Part shown: one piece after another, positions 19,935 through 32,734 of the stretch | Numbering within the stretch: position 1 is the first letter of the stretch | How the letters are laid out: each line of letters opens with the position of its first letter | Assembly: GCA_034669905.1 (NCBI GenBank) | Contig: JAXMOL010000016.1 | Coordinates: 32,001-96,000, forward strand | Reading direction: 5' to 3' | DNA from: Candidatus Hydrogenedentota bacterium | Lineage (GTDB): Bacteria > Hydrogenedentota > Hydrogenedentia > Hydrogenedentales > JAEUWI01 | DNA length: 64,000 nucleotides | Notes under the pieces: model-generated | Databases searched by the model: none | The model's input: the letters and a program-made list of their open reading frames with translations, nothing else | What the model was told of the DNA's origin: nothing | Translations under genes and position numbers: made by a program

Positions 19935-21890
19935 TTACTCGTCGGTCTCACGCAACTTGGCCAGCACGTTGAAGTCTTCCAAGGTGGTAGTGTCCTGCGT
20001 GGTCTCGTTACCAGCTGCGATATCACGCAGTAGACGTCGCATGATTTTACCGGAGCGCGTCTTTGGCAGCGAATCGGTGAAGCGAATCTGGTCCGGCTTG
20101 GCGATGGCGCCAATTTCCTTGGCCACGTGTTCACGGAGAGCCGCTTTCGCGTCATCACTGGGGTCCGCACCGGCGCGAAGCGATACGAAGGCGCAGATTC
20201 CCTGCCCCTTCACATCGTGGGGGAATCCCACGACGGCGGCCTCGGCCACGAACTCGCTGGATACGAGGGCCGACTCAATTTCCATCGTGCCCAGACGGTG
20301 TCCCGACACGTTGATCACGTCGTCCAGACGACCAATGATCATGTAGTAGCCATCCTTCGCGCAGAAAGCACCGTCGCCCGTGAGGTACCAGCCCTGCTTG
20401 GCGAATTTCTCGAAGTAGACTTCCTTAAAACGCTCATCGTCACCGTAGAGGGTGCGCAGCATGGAGGGCCAGGGCTCTTTGACCACCAGCAACCCACTGT
20501 GGCCCTGCTCCACTTCTTCGCCATCTTCCGTCACGATGGCCGGCTGAATGCCGAAGAAGGGCACCCCGGCGGAACCCGGCTTGGCGGGCATGGCGCCCGG
20601 CAGGGTGGTGATCATGATCCCCCCCGTCTCGGTCTGCCACCAGGTATCCACGATGGGACACTTCTCCCGGCCCACATGCTTGTGATACCAGACCCACGCT
20701 TCCGGGTTAATGGGTTCACCCACCGTACCGAGCAGACGCAGGCTGCTGAGATCATACTTGGCGGGGTGTTCGTCGCCCCACTTGGCAAAGGCGCGGATGG
20801 CCGTCGGGGCCGTGTAGAAAATGTTAACCTTATACTTGTCGACGATCTGCCAGAAGCGATCCGGGCCCGGGTGGTTGGGCGCCCCTTCGTACATGACCGA
20901 GGTCGCGCCATTGGCGAGAATACCGTAGACAATATAACTGTGCCCCGTCACCCAGCCAATATCGGCCGTGCACCAGTAGGTGTCTTCTTCTTTCAGGTCG
21001 AAGACGTGCTTCGAGGTGAGGTAGGTGCCCACCATGTAGCCACCGGTCGTGTGCAGGATGCCCTTCGGCTTTCCCGTGGAGCCCGAGGTGTACAGGATAT
21101 ACAGCGGATCTTCCGCGTCCAACTCTTCGGCGGGACAGTCATCGGAGACATCGGCCAGCAACTCGTGCCACCAGTGATCGCGACCTTCCACCATATTCAC
21201 GTCGTTTTCGGTCCGCTTGACCACCAACACGTTTTTGACCGTGGGACAACTCTGGAGCGCTTCGTCGACGGCTTCTTTCAGCGCGACGACGCTACCACGA
21301 CGCCAGCCGCCATCGGCCGTAATGATGCAGCTCACATCAGAATCGTGCACCCGGTCACTGATGGCCGTCGCGGAAAATCCACCAAAAATGATGGAGTGGA
21401 CGGCACCGATGCGTGCACACGCCAACATGGCGATGGCCAGCTCGGGGATCATGGGCATATAAATAGCCACACGGTCGCCTTTTTTGACCCCCATCTTCTT
21501 CAGGCCATTGGCTGCCTGGCACACGCGGCGGTGCAGCTCCTGATAGGTGAGGATTACCTGGTCGCCCGGCTCCCCTTCCCAGATAATGGCGGCCTTGTTC
21601 TTACGGGCCGTGGTGAGATGGCGATCGAGGCAATTGTAGGAAATGTTGGTCTTGCCCCCTTCATACCATTTCACAAAGGGCATATTGTCTTTGTTGCAGA
21701 CCCGGTCCCATTTCTTGAACCAGTGCAGCTCACTGGCCACATCGCCCCAGAACGTCTCCGGGTCTTCGATGGACTGCTTATACAGGGCGTCATAGGCTTC
21801 CCGAGATGGGACCGAAGCCGCCGAAGCAAAGGCTTCGGACGGTTCAAAGAGACGACTCTCCTCTAAGACGTGATCAATCTGTTGACTCAT
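19935..21890 (-). CDS. acs: Acetyl-CoA synthetase (AMP-forming)
   Basis: [32 protein letters not shown]. Confidence 0.97.
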   Translation of the reverse strand: MSQQIDHVLEESRLFEPSEAFASAASVPSREAYDALYKQSIEDPETFWGDVASELHWFKKWDRVCNKDNMPFVKWYEGGKTNISYNCLDRHLTTARKNKAAIIWEGEPGDQVILTYQELHRRVCQAANGLKKMGVKKGDRVAIYMPMIPELAIAMLACARIGAVHSIIFGGFSATAISDRVHDSDVSCIITADGGWRRGSVVALKEAVDEALQSCPTVKNVLVVKRTENDVNMVEGRDHWWHELLADVSDDCPAEELDAEDPLYILYTSGSTGKPKGILHTTGGYMVGTYLTSKHVFDLKEEDTYWCTADIGWVTGHSYIVYGILANGATSVMYEGAPNHPGPDRFWQIVDKYKVNIFYTAPTAIRAFAKWGDEHPAKYDLSSLRLLGTVGEPINPEAWVWYHKHVGREKCPIVDTWWQTETGGIMITTLPGAMPAKPGSAGVPFFGIQPAIVTEDGEEVEQGHSGLLVVKEPWPSMLRTLYGDDERFKEVYFEKFAKQGWYLTGDGAFCAKDGYYMIIGRLDDVINVSGHRLGTMEIESALVSSEFVAEAAVVGFPHDVKGQGICAFVSLRAGADPSDDAKAALREHVAKEIGAIAKPDQIRFTDSLPKTRSGKIMRRLLRDIAAGNETTQDTTTLEDFNVLAKLRETDE

Positions 21891-22091
21891 GGTGCTCCTC
21901 CGTTGGGTACATCAAGATACCGCTGTCATTGCGCGGTGCGCGGCGATTCCTGCCTGGGCGCGCTTTCCCTGGGTCCCTGCCTTTGAGACGAAAAGCACAC
22001 CCCAGCCGCTGGCTGACGTAGCAGAATATGATTAGAAAGGGGTTATTGTACACAATTCTCGCCCGAATTCAACGGAACGACGGACTTCCCT

Positions 22092-24725
22092 CTACCCGTC
22101 GTAGTCGTTTCGGGTGACTCCCAGGGCCTCGATGATATCCTCATAGCCCGCAGCTTCCGCCATCCGGAGGGCGGTCAGGCCCTGAGAAATGGCGTCAATA
22201 TCGGCTCCGTGGTGGACCAGTAACTCCACCAACCTGACATCCGCACGGCCCACGGCCTGATGGATTGGCATCCGGCCTTCCCGTGTCGGGGCGTTTACAT
22301 CGGCACCGGATTCTACCAACAACTGGGTGATGGCATGGTTACCCGCACTAATCGCCATGTGAAGGGGGGTCAACTCACTGGGCCCCCAACGAAGACGAAT
22401 ACTCCCCGGCCAATAGTGCAGCACCTGTTTCAGGCGCTTGATGTCGTTTTCCTGCACCGCCTGGAAGATATCCAGGGCGCGGCCGCGGTCTTCGCCCTCT
22501 GCCAGATCCGCTTTCGTCTCCCCCGGAAACCCCGTGCGTGACAGATCCGACAACTGGCTTTCCACTTCCTGTAATAACATGACGACCCGGGCGTGCCCCC
22601 GGTCCAGGGCAAAATCGCAGGCCGTATTGCCTTCCCGCGAAACCAGGCGCACATCGGCCCCGTGATTGAGCAAGAGCCGCACCAGCTCCAGGTCCCCGTT
22701 GCGGGCGGCATACATCAGGGGACTCATTCCCCGGGCATTGCAGAAATTGACCTGGGCATGGTATTCCATGAGGAGGCGCACCATGCCCGAGTTGGACTCA
22801 CGGGCGGCCTGGAGCAGAGGCGTCCAACGCTCGTGGCGGGTTCGTGCATCGACGCAACCGGGGTTCTCTTTTAAAATCGTCAGGGCACGGGGCGGATCAT
22901 CCTCTTTTACGGCCTGAAACAGGGCGTACCCCGCTTCCTGTTGCACCAGGAAAGAATCCAGAAACTGCACAATAGCCTCTTCCCGTTGCGCCTCGGCATA
23001 GCTGCGGAGGTCCGTACCTTCCAGATCAACCTGATCGATGCGCGCCCCCCCTTCCAGCAGCACCTTCACCATGGCCAGGTTTCCGGTATCCACCGCATAG
23101 GCGATGGCAGACTTTCCGTCGATACTGCGGGTATGCACATCGGCCCCATGATCCAGGAGGGTCTGGGCAATCTCCCGTTCTTCGGCCCGCACCGCAATCA
23201 GGAGGGGGGTCCAACGACTCCGTTTCGAGTGGACGTTCACGCTCTGAGGCACCTGCACCACGATCTCTTTGATGCGGGCCAGGTCGCCCCGCGCCACCAC
23301 CTCCAGGATGTCCATACAGGCGGCCAGTCGCTTCTCACGCTTTTTCAGATAGGTGGCCAGTTCGGCGTGTCCCTGTCGCTCCGCCATTTCCGCGGGCTTC
23401 TCTTTGTTCGCAAAGGGTGCACTCACATTGGCACCCGCATTGAGCAAGCGCCGGGCGATAGGCTGATTGCCCCGCAAAACCGCAATGCGCAGGGCACACA
23501 TCCCGTCCCGGGCCACGTGGTGCACGTCCGCGCCTTGATCAATCAGCCGGCGTACCAGAACCTCGTCTTCCTGTTTCACGGCCATCATAAGGGCATGGGC
23601 ACCGTCTTTGGGCGCCAGGTTCACATCGACATTGTGGTTGAGCAAGAGGTTGACCACATCGTTGTGGCCCTCTCGCAGTGCCACCATCAGGGCGCTCCAC
23701 CCCCGATTATCCTGTTGGTTCACATTGGTCCCGGCATGGAGCAGCCCCGCCACGATTTCCAGGTGCCCTTCCCGAGAGGCGATCAGCAGGGGCGTCTCAT
23801 TGTGAACCGTCAACGGATCGACCGGAACCCCCTTGGAGAGCAAGTAGGCGGCCACACCGGCGTGGCCATTCTGCGACGCACAGTAGAGTGCCGTTTCCCC
23901 TTGGCGGGTCGGTTTCCCCAGGTCGGCACCAAACTCATGAAGGGCCTGGACCGTCTTCAGATCCCCCTGCCCGGCCGCATAATAAACCGGGGGGTAGCCC
24001 GCTTCATCCAGGGCATCTGGATCGGCACCACGCCGCAGCTTCTGGCCGATGGTCGTATTGAAGCCCTCCTGAACCGCCTCGTGAAGTCCGGTCGCCTTCC
24101 GACGGGTGGACAGGTAGACCGCCACACCCGCCAAAACAAGAAGCAGCACGCCACCCGCGAGCCCGCCAATTACCAGGGGATTCACCGGGCCGTTGCTACG
24201 TTGCTGCGCCGCGCGAACCTGGCCCGCCAGCAGCTTGCTGGCAGTCACCGTCGCTTCGAATGGCCCGTATTCGGACGAAATCTTTTCTTGTTGTTCCTTG
24301 AGTTGACGCCGGGTCGTGGTAAAAAAGGAACTGTCCCAGGCGCTACCCAGCGCCAGGGCCAAGACGCGCTTTTCCTCCACCAGAAGCAACACCAACGCCT
24401 TCTCGCGGCCCTGGTCATCCAGGGGACGCTGGGATTGAAGGGCTTCCAGCACGAGGGCAGCAAATGCCTCGGGTTGCATGGATTCACCGCCATATTCCAC
24501 CAGCGCGGGCAAGGCCACCACATACAGGGGCACCCCTGTTTCTTTTTCACACGAACCCACCGTCGCCTGAATTTCTGCGAGCGACTCGGCCGACAGCACC
24601 CCCTGGGGATCCACCACACCTGCAGTGGGCGCAATCCAGGAAGAATCGAATTCCGCGCAATGGGCCTGCGCGGCGCACAGCGCCACAGCAACCATTGCAA
24701 TGGGTAGAAAAATCCACTTGGTCAC
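22092..24725 (-). CDS. Signal peptide + TPM-like domain + TM helix + multiple ankyrin repeats
   Basis: VVDPQGVLS...LYVVALP...LVLLLV (TPM-like); hydrophobic helix at about aa 184-205; many TPLxxA...GADVN repeats. Confidence 0.9.
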   Translation of the reverse strand: MTKWIFLPIAMVAVALCAAQAHCAEFDSSWIAPTAGVVDPQGVLSAESLAEIQATVGSCEKETGVPLYVVALPALVEYGGESMQPEAFAALVLEALQSQRPLDDQGREKALVLLLVEEKRVLALALGSAWDSSFFTTTRRQLKEQQEKISSEYGPFEATVTASKLLAGQVRAAQQRSNGPVNPLVIGGLAGGVLLLVLAGVAVYLSTRRKATGLHEAVQEGFNTTIGQKLRRGADPDALDEAGYPPVYYAAGQGDLKTVQALHEFGADLGKPTRQGETALYCASQNGHAGVAAYLLSKGVPVDPLTVHNETPLLIASREGHLEIVAGLLHAGTNVNQQDNRGWSALMVALREGHNDVVNLLLNHNVDVNLAPKDGAHALMMAVKQEDEVLVRRLIDQGADVHHVARDGMCALRIAVLRGNQPIARRLLNAGANVSAPFANKEKPAEMAERQGHAELATYLKKREKRLAACMDILEVVARGDLARIKEIVVQVPQSVNVHSKRSRWTPLLIAVRAEEREIAQTLLDHGADVHTRSIDGKSAIAYAVDTGNLAMVKVLLEGGARIDQVDLEGTDLRSYAEAQREEAIVQFLDSFLVQQEAGYALFQAVKEDDPPRALTILKENPGCVDARTRHERWTPLLQAARESNSGMVRLLMEYHAQVNFCNARGMSPLMYAARNGDLELVRLLLNHGADVRLVSREGNTACDFALDRGHARVVMLLQEVESQLSDLSRTGFPGETKADLAEGEDRGRALDIFQAVQENDIKRLKQVLHYWPGSIRLRWGPSELTPLHMAISAGNHAITQLLVESGADVNAPTREGRMPIHQAVGRADVRLVELLVHHGADIDAISQGLTALRMAEAAGYEDIIEALGVTRNDYDG

Positions 24726-25291
24726 ACTTCACGCTCCCGGTTGGATGATATCGGCACACCGCCCCGGCGGTTAGCCACGTCATCGCCCTGCTCCGCCAGC
24801 ATCAACTCCAGATAAGAATATTCCTCATGGGCATCGTCGTCTATTTGGAAGGCCTCGATCAAGAAGCGCAGCTTCGCAAAGCCATCGTCCTCGTCATGTT
24901 CCCCGTCCAGCACGGCCTCAAACTCGATATAAGCGCCCAGACCTTCCACGGCGTCCAGGTGAATTCGTACATTCTTCCACAGATAGAGGTTGCGTACCTT
25001 GTCGACCACCGTGAGAACACCCAGGGCCGGACGCAACATCGCCTTAATCGACGGGTTGACCGTTTCCAGCTGATAGTCACAGCCCTTGGGCCCCGCGATA
25101 TCAGGCCGATGATAAAACACCAACTCGGTGACCCCCGGAGTGGCTTCCCGGAGCTTCAGTCGGCCCTCAGGCACCCGAAAGTACGTATCTACCTGATGAA
25201 TTGCGCCCTGGTGGGACGCCTTTAATGTCTGGCAGACGGATTCGGCCGCCGCGCGATCTGCCAGGCGCGCTTTTAGTTCGATATTTCGCAT
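24722..25291 (-). CDS. cyaB: CYTH-domain protein (class IV adenylate cyclase CyaB-like)
   Basis: NIELKAR, QVDTYF, RLKLRE, HLDAVEGLGAYIEFE, SYLEL. Confidence 0.88.
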   Translation of the reverse strand: MRNIELKARLADRAAAESVCQTLKASHQGAIHQVDTYFRVPEGRLKLREATPGVTELVFYHRPDIAGPKGCDYQLETVNPSIKAMLRPALGVLTVVDKVRNLYLWKNVRIHLDAVEGLGAYIEFEAVLDGEHDEDDGFAKLRFLIEAFQIDDDAHEEYSYLELMLAEQGDDVANRRGGVPISSNREREV

Positions 25292-25295
25292 CACC

Positions 25296-27359
25296 CTACC
25301 TGTCACGTACCAGCCATCGCTGGAGTACTTCTTCCAGTTCATCCCGACGGACGGGCTTGGCGAGATGACCATCCATGCCCGCCGCCTTACAGCGCTTCCG
25401 ATCTGAAATCATCGCACTCGCCGTAAGCGCCACGATGGGCGTTTTCCCAACCTTCCCTGGAAGCTGACGGATTCTTCGCGTCGCATCCAGGCCATCCAGC
25501 CGGGGCATTTCACAATCCATCAGGACCAGATCATAGTTTCCAGCCTGCACGGCTTCCACCGCCTCCAGGCCATCGCTGACACACTCGCTCGAAACGCCCA
25601 ATTGGGCCAACATTTTTGCGGCCACCCGTTGGTTGATCAGGTTGTCATCGGCGACGAGTACCACTCCCCGGTAGACCGCATGCCGTGCGACCGGCGAGGA
25701 AACTACCGGGGCCGTGTTTCCGTTGGCACCACCCCCGCGTTCCGTTTCAAAGACGCCCCCCAATTTGCGTATCAGGCTGCGAAAGCGAATCGGCTGAATC
25801 AATTCGGCAGCGTAGCCCAGGGCGCGAATCCGCGCTTCTCCCTGGCGGCGGGTCATCATGCCCAGCACGATAGTCGGAACCCGACCACGGACCGCTGGCA
25901 ATTCCCCGTCGGTTGCGTCCGGCTCCGATGCCCGGGTGGGCGCATAGATGATGGCATCCCAATCGCCTGCCTCCCCTTCCGCCAGCGTCCCGAAATCTCC
26001 ATGTATCCCCACCGCCTCGAGATAGCACCGCAAAAAGGAACGGCGAATTTCGTTCTCGTCGCATACCAGTACCCGTTTGCCCCTGAACGTCTGTTCCCAC
26101 GGGTTCGGGTCGGCCGGCTCGCTTCTAATAAATCGGGCCGTAAACCGGAAGGTGGAGCCCGCCCCTTCCTCGGAATCGACCGCAATATCGCCGCCCATCA
26201 GCGATACCAGGCGGCGGCAAATCGCCAACCCCAGACCAGTGCCTCCAAACTTTCGCGTCGTGGAGAGGTCGGCTTGTTCGAAGGCCTGGAACAGGTTTTC
26301 CTGTACCTCCGGCGGAATCCCGATACCGGTGTCCCGGACGGAGAAACGCAGCACGACCTCATTGCCTTCTTCCGAAACCGCCTCGGCGCACACGGACACC
26401 ATACCCTCGTCCGTAAACTTCACCGCGTTGTTGGTGAGGTTTACCAGTATCTGACGGAGGCGGCCCGGATCACCGATAAGTGCCGGCGGTGTGCCGGGAA
26501 GCACCTGGCTCACCATGGTCAGGCCCTTTTCCTGCCCCTTGATGCTGACCATTTCGATGGCCTCCTCGACAATGTCGAAGAGATCAAACGGTATGGACTC
26601 CAGGTTCATCTTCCCCGCTTCGATCTTGGAATAGTCGAGGATGTCGCTGATAATGCCCAGCAACACCTCACCCGAATAGATGGCCGTTTGCACCATCTCC
26701 CGCTGCTCCTCATCCAGCTTCGTATCGAGGAGCAGACCATTCATGCCCAATACGCCGTTGAGGGGGGTTCGAATCTCGTGGCTCATGCTGGCGAGGAATT
26801 GCGCCTTGGCGAGCGCTCCCAACTCCGCCTGGGCCACCAGCTGGTTGGCACGGGCCACCGACTCTTCCAGCTCTTTGTTCAGTCTGCGGGACTCCTCGTA
26901 GGCAAGTGCCAGAGAGGCTTCTGCCTGACGGCGCACCTCAACCTGCTCTTCCACAAGTTGCTGGGAGCGCTTCAGATCGCAGAATATCGAAACCTTGGAC
27001 CGTAGAATCAGTGGGTCTGGTGGTTTGTTCAGGAAGTCCACGGCACCCGCATCATAGCCGCGATGGAGATAGCTGCGCTCGCCCGCCCCCATGGAGGTGA
27101 GGAATACGATGGGAATACCGGCCGTGTCGGGCGACTCACGCAACGCTTCCGCGACTTCAAAGCCGTCCATGCCCGGCATACTCACATCCAGCAGTATGAG
27201 GGCATAGTCCCGCTGCACCGCCCGTTCCAGGGCGATCTCGCCGCTCAGGGCACCGACGACCTCAACATCCATATCCCGCAGGAGACGAGTCATGGCCTCC
27301 TGATCTTCTGGATTGTCATCCACAAGTAGAATATGTTGTCTATCGGCTGGCGAACTCAA
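25296..27359 (-). CDS. Cytoplasmic hybrid histidine kinase (REC-HisKA-HATPase-degenerate REC-REC)
   Basis: [54 protein letters not shown] start. Confidence 0.93.
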   Translation of the reverse strand: MSSPADRQHILLVDDNPEDQEAMTRLLRDMDVEVVGALSGEIALERAVQRDYALILLDVSMPGMDGFEVAEALRESPDTAGIPIVFLTSMGAGERSYLHRGYDAGAVDFLNKPPDPLILRSKVSIFCDLKRSQQLVEEQVEVRRQAEASLALAYEESRRLNKELEESVARANQLVAQAELGALAKAQFLASMSHEIRTPLNGVLGMNGLLLDTKLDEEQREMVQTAIYSGEVLLGIISDILDYSKIEAGKMNLESIPFDLFDIVEEAIEMVSIKGQEKGLTMVSQVLPGTPPALIGDPGRLRQILVNLTNNAVKFTDEGMVSVCAEAVSEEGNEVVLRFSVRDTGIGIPPEVQENLFQAFEQADLSTTRKFGGTGLGLAICRRLVSLMGGDIAVDSEEGAGSTFRFTARFIRSEPADPNPWEQTFRGKRVLVCDENEIRRSFLRCYLEAVGIHGDFGTLAEGEAGDWDAIIYAPTRASEPDATDGELPAVRGRVPTIVLGMMTRRQGEARIRALGYAAELIQPIRFRSLIRKLGGVFETERGGGANGNTAPVVSSPVARHAVYRGVVLVADDNLINQRVAAKMLAQLGVSSECVSDGLEAVEAVQAGNYDLVLMDCEMPRLDGLDATRRIRQLPGKVGKTPIVALTASAMISDRKRCKAAGMDGHLAKPVRRDELEEVLQRWLVRDR

Positions 27360-27623
27360 TCGTCACCTGACTCCTGCAGTCGGTATTCCAGATTGTTACG
27401 TACACTGTCCGATCGGGAATCCATGGCCATTCCAGGCGAAACGGGCGTCGCGTTGGGACCTGCAGACGACGAACGCATTTTATCCGCTGGAAAAACGCGC
27501 GGTCCTTCGGGGCTCCATCCTGCTACGTACGACCACACAAACAACGACGGCACGATCGTCCCTGTTGTGTCACTAACTCCGCGCTGCCCACGCTCCAACT
27601 ATAGTTTCGCACGATCCCTGCGT

Positions 27624-27669
27624 AAAAAGAAAGAAGCCGCCCGAGTGGTTTTCACATCTCGGACGGCTT
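27624..27669 (-). terminator. Rho-independent terminator of groESL
   Basis: Minus strand AAGCCGTCCGAG...CTCGGGCGGCTT followed by CTTTCTTTTT. Confidence 0.8.
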
Positions 27670-27704
27670 GGAGGGTCTCTAAGGAATAGGGGCCGATGGG
27701 CCGA

Positions 27705-29342
<1,638 letters not shown>

Positions 29343-29372
29343 CTATGGTTGTAGGTTCCGGATAATGGAGAA

Positions 29373-29660
29373 TTACTCGATTACCGCCAGAACTTCTTCT
29401 TCGCGCATGATCAGGTGTTCTACACCGTCGATCTTCACTTCCGTACCGGAGTACTTGCCCATAAGGATGCGGTCACCCTTTTTGAGCTCGAGGGGCGTGC
29501 GCTTACCGTCTTCACCCACTTTGCCGGGGCCCACAGCAACCACTTTTGCTTCCTGGGGCTTCTCTTTGGCCGTGTCGGGGATGATGATTCCACCACGTAC
29601 CGTTTCACTAGCTTCTTCACGAATGACCAGAATCCGGTCAGCCAGCGGACGTACTTTCAT
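29373..29660 (-). CDS. groES: Co-chaperonin GroES
   Basis: [26 protein letters not shown]. Confidence 0.98.
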   Translation of the reverse strand: MKVRPLADRILVIREEASETVRGGIIIPDTAKEKPQEAKVVAVGPGKVGEDGKRTPLELKKGDRILMGKYSGTEVKIDGVEHLIMREEEVLAVIE

Positions 29661-29756
29661 GGTCGATCTCCTTGTGTCGTTTCTGTTGCTTCATTACCGA
29701 TTTAAATCGGCCCACCCACGCGGGGGGCGCGATTGACCTGAATGGTTGGGAAGTTG

Positions 29757-29783
29757 TTAGCACTCACCCATGGAGAGTGATAA
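29757..29783. promoter_or_regulatory. CIRCE element (HrcA operator)
   Basis: TTAGCACTC-N9-GAGTGATAA, one mismatch to consensus, upstream of groES. Confidence 0.95.
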
Positions 29784-29809
29784 TAACAACCTTCCCCGCC
29801 TGTTGTCAA
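29780..29809 (-). promoter_or_regulatory. Sigma-70 promoter of groESL
   Basis: TTGACA-18 bp-TATTAT on the minus strand, overlapping the CIRCE arm. Confidence 0.75.
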
Positions 29810-30065
29810 TCCGTTATTCAGTTGCGGGTTGCGCAGCGACTGGACAAGGGAAAACCCCACCGCAAAAGGGGTTACAACGGTTAGGCCCGGGCGAATGGGC
29901 GAAGCCACCCCGCCACCACACGGAAATATCCCCAAAGACCTTATTTACTTCGGACCGGTACCCATGGCATGATGAGACCTCAATTGAGCTTCCCACTTCC
30001 CCAAGGGGCGTTTCTGGGACCGTCATCGCGCTTCATGCACCCCACGCACTACCAAAGGTTTTGAA

Positions 30066-30755
30066 TTGGCTACTCTATTCTCGGGCTGGGACATTTCCAT
30101 CGGTGACCTCATCGGTGGCATCGCCGCCGCAATATTCTATGGCCGCTTCTATCTGCAATGGTTCTATTCCGAGCGGGCCAAACGCAGCGTCGTGCCCATC
30201 GGATTCTGGTATATGAGCAGCGTCGGGTCCCTCCTCCTCTTCGGTTACGGGGTCTACAAACAGTCGGCCGTGGGCACCTTGTCCCACTGTTTCAACATCC
30301 TGATCTATGCCCGCAATCTCATCCACATCTGGCGGGCGAAGGGCATTTTGAGCCGACGTCGCTCGCTCATCGCCCATGGCGTCGCCCTGGGTGTCATACT
30401 CGTGGCCCTCAGCCTGCTCGTTTTGACCTGGCTCAACGTGTTTCAAAGCACCCAGGCCAATGACGGGGCCCAGGCCACCCGCACCTGGTTCTGGATTGCG
30501 GTGGGGGTCCTTGGCCAGGGACTCTTTGCCTGCCGCTTTGTCATCCAATGGCTGGCCACCGAGAAGCGCAAAGAAAGCGTCATTCCCGTTTCCTTCTGGT
30601 ATTTCAGCGTCGCCGCGGCCGTGTTCATGTTCGCCTCCTTCGTCCAACTGCGGGAATGGGTCTTCGCCGTCGGCGTAATCACCACCCTGCCTATCTACCT
30701 GCGGAATCTATGGATCATCTACCGCGGCGAACAACAATGCACCGAGACCGCCTGA
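30066..30755 (+). CDS. Membrane protein with two LAB_N (lipid-A-disaccharide synthase N-terminal) domains
   Basis: RFYLQWFYSERAKRSVVPIGFWY and RFVIQWLATEKRKESVIPVSFWY, each followed by YxRNL. Start uncertain. Confidence 0.88.
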   Translation: MATLFSGWDISIGDLIGGIAAAIFYGRFYLQWFYSERAKRSVVPIGFWYMSSVGSLLLFGYGVYKQSAVGTLSHCFNILIYARNLIHIWRAKGILSRRRSLIAHGVALGVILVALSLLVLTWLNVFQSTQANDGAQATRTWFWIAVGVLGQGLFACRFVIQWLATEKRKESVIPVSFWYFSVAAAVFMFASFVQLREWVFAVGVITTLPIYLRNLWIIYRGEQQCTETA

Positions 30756-30839
30756 CGCCGGACTTGCATGCCGAAGTGGCGTAAGCTAACGTAGGGGGCG
30801 GAGTCCCATCTACCCCGTGAACCGCTGTCTGGAGAGGTC

Positions 30840-31739
30840 ATGTTTCGCCCATTACCTTGTTGCTTCGCATTGTTGGCCGTCCTCATACTCGCCGCACCCG
30901 CTTCCGCTGCCCAGGAAGATGCCACCCTCTGGAAGGCCGCAGAAGCCCTCCTGCAGGCGGACACCCAGCGCCCCCCGGTCACACCGCAAGACCCGCCCGT
31001 AGCCGTCGGCCACCCCTATCTCTTTGAGTCCTTTTCCCAGTGGGACCCGGAAGCACTGCGGCGGGCTGTACAACTGTTTTTAGGGCAACAGCCTCCCCCG
31101 GCCGACACAGATGGGCAGGAAGCCCATTCCCGGGAGCTGGCGGCGGGGCTGCAAAAGCTCCTGGAATACTATCCCCTCACCGCCCGCACCCACGGGGACT
31201 TTGAGGCCGTGCGCAATTGGGTTTTCGACCCTGGACAGCCCCCAGCCCTGCGCATACTGCTCCTTCAACACGCCGCCCCGGGCCTCGCCCCTCCTTCTGC
31301 CTTTGGGGCCTATTTCCAAGGACATCTGAGCTACGACGACGGAACGTTTGAAAAGCGCTTGCTGGAGTTAATTCAGCTTCCCCAAGAGTCGAAACCCGTG
31401 CAACGGGTGGCCATGGATACCCAACTTGCCCGGGCGCGGGAAGGCTACCGTCGCTTGCTGGCACGGGATCCCCAGGTCGTCCGCGACCAGGGAACGGGTC
31501 CGGTGCCCACCGTGGCCCAGTTGATTGACGACCCCAAAGCCATTCCCATGACCGGGCGGACCACGCTCCTCCTGGAGCGCCACAACGCGGCTGTGGGCAA
31601 ATGGGCCGCCTCGCTGAAAGGCACCGCCGACAACCCCCAGCGCGAGGCGTCGGTCCGGGCCAAGGCCCAGGCCACCCTGGAGACTGTGCTGCGAGAATTC
31701 CCCATCCCCAATCGGGAAGCCTTGAGTACGCCCCCCTGA
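30840..31739 (+). CDS. Hypothetical secreted protein
   Basis: RBS GAGG; signal peptide ending ASA-A; no recognised family. Confidence 0.7.
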   Translation: MFRPLPCCFALLAVLILAAPASAAQEDATLWKAAEALLQADTQRPPVTPQDPPVAVGHPYLFESFSQWDPEALRRAVQLFLGQQPPPADTDGQEAHSRELAAGLQKLLEYYPLTARTHGDFEAVRNWVFDPGQPPALRILLLQHAAPGLAPPSAFGAYFQGHLSYDDGTFEKRLLELIQLPQESKPVQRVAMDTQLARAREGYRRLLARDPQVVRDQGTGPVPTVAQLIDDPKAIPMTGRTTLLLERHNAAVGKWAASLKGTADNPQREASVRAKAQATLETVLREFPIPNREALSTPP

Positions 31740-31747
31740 CAGCTCCG

Positions 31748-32689
31748 TTACGTCGTGGGCTGGGCCGCCATCAGGGCCAGCACGTCGGCCTGCGTCGGCA
31801 GGGACGGCTGGGCGCCTGCCTTGGTCGTCGCCAGGGCTCCCACGGCGTTGGCATAGCGCAGGGCTTCGCCCGGATTGGCACTATCCCATACCACGCCCAG
31901 TGCGGCGGTGAATGCATCGCCTGCGGCGGTTGTATCCACGACGGGCACCTCGAAGGCACCGACATAGTGGTCCGTCTCCGGCCCCACATAGCGCGAGCCC
32001 TCTGCACCCAGCTTCATCACCACATGGGCGGCCCCATAGCCCAATAGGGTGTGGGCCGCTTCCAGGACTTCGGCCTCACTCCCAACCGGCTTGGCAGTCA
32101 GGTGCTCGGCTTCACTGCGATTGGGGCTAATCACCGAGGCCTTGCCCAACACGGCGGGCGTAATGGCCTGATCCGAACCAATATCCAGGATAGAGAGGGC
32201 ACCACATTCACGGGCCAGATCAAGGGCGGCCTCCACCGTTTCCACCGGCACTTCCAATTGGAGCAGGACCACATCGGCCGCTTCAAAGGCGGCACGGCGG
32301 GCATAGATGTCGTCGGGACCCAATTCAAAATTGGCACCCGGCACCACGACGATCGAGTTTTCCCCCGCGTCGCTGACCTCGATGACCGCCGTACCCGTGG
32401 GCTGGTGGCTGTCCACCTTCAAATAATCCAGATTTACCCCGGCACTCCCAAGACTTTCCCGCTGCTGTTCAGCAAAGCCATCCGCGCCGACGCAGCCCAG
32501 AAAACTCACGGTCGCGCCGAGGCGGGCCGCTGCCATGGCCTGGTTGGCCCCTTTACCACCACACACCGTCTGAAACGACGATCCAATCAGCGTCTCCCCG
32601 GGCTCGGGAATGCGGGAGACCCGGGCCACCAGATCGATGTTGGCACTCCCCACCACCAGGATTTTTCGATTCGTCAATTTTTGCTCCAT
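31748..32689 (-). CDS. rbsK: Ribokinase
   Basis: VGSANIDL, GGKGANQAMAAARLG, DTTAAGDAF. Confidence 0.93.
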   Translation of the reverse strand: MEQKLTNRKILVVGSANIDLVARVSRIPEPGETLIGSSFQTVCGGKGANQAMAAARLGATVSFLGCVGADGFAEQQRESLGSAGVNLDYLKVDSHQPTGTAVIEVSDAGENSIVVVPGANFELGPDDIYARRAAFEAADVVLLQLEVPVETVEAALDLARECGALSILDIGSDQAITPAVLGKASVISPNRSEAEHLTAKPVGSEAEVLEAAHTLLGYGAAHVVMKLGAEGSRYVGPETDHYVGAFEVPVVDTTAAGDAFTAALGVVWDSANPGEALRYANAVGALATTKAGAQPSLPTQADVLALMAAQPTT

Positions 32690-32734
32690 TCCAGCATACT
32701 GGTCTTCATTGGTCAGGCGCCCCGCCCGATTCCA

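Noticed and set aside
20127..21866. Long antisense ORFs (also 753..1751, 5200..6558, 22941..24707, 25602..27005, 27696..29354, 35864..37630, 54951..56165)
   Set aside because: They mirror well-supported genes on the opposite strand, as expected from GC-rich codon bias, and contain no recognisable motifs.
22092..25291. CBASS/Pycsar-like anti-phage system (cyclase plus membrane effector)
   Set aside because: The enzyme is CYTH-fold, not a CD-NTase or class III PycC, and no SAVED, STING, cNMP-binding or TIR domain is visible; kept only as a signalling hypothesis.
27356..27598. 80-aa ORF overlapping the kinase start
   Set aside because: TTG start, no motif and atypical composition; probably the promoter/leader region.
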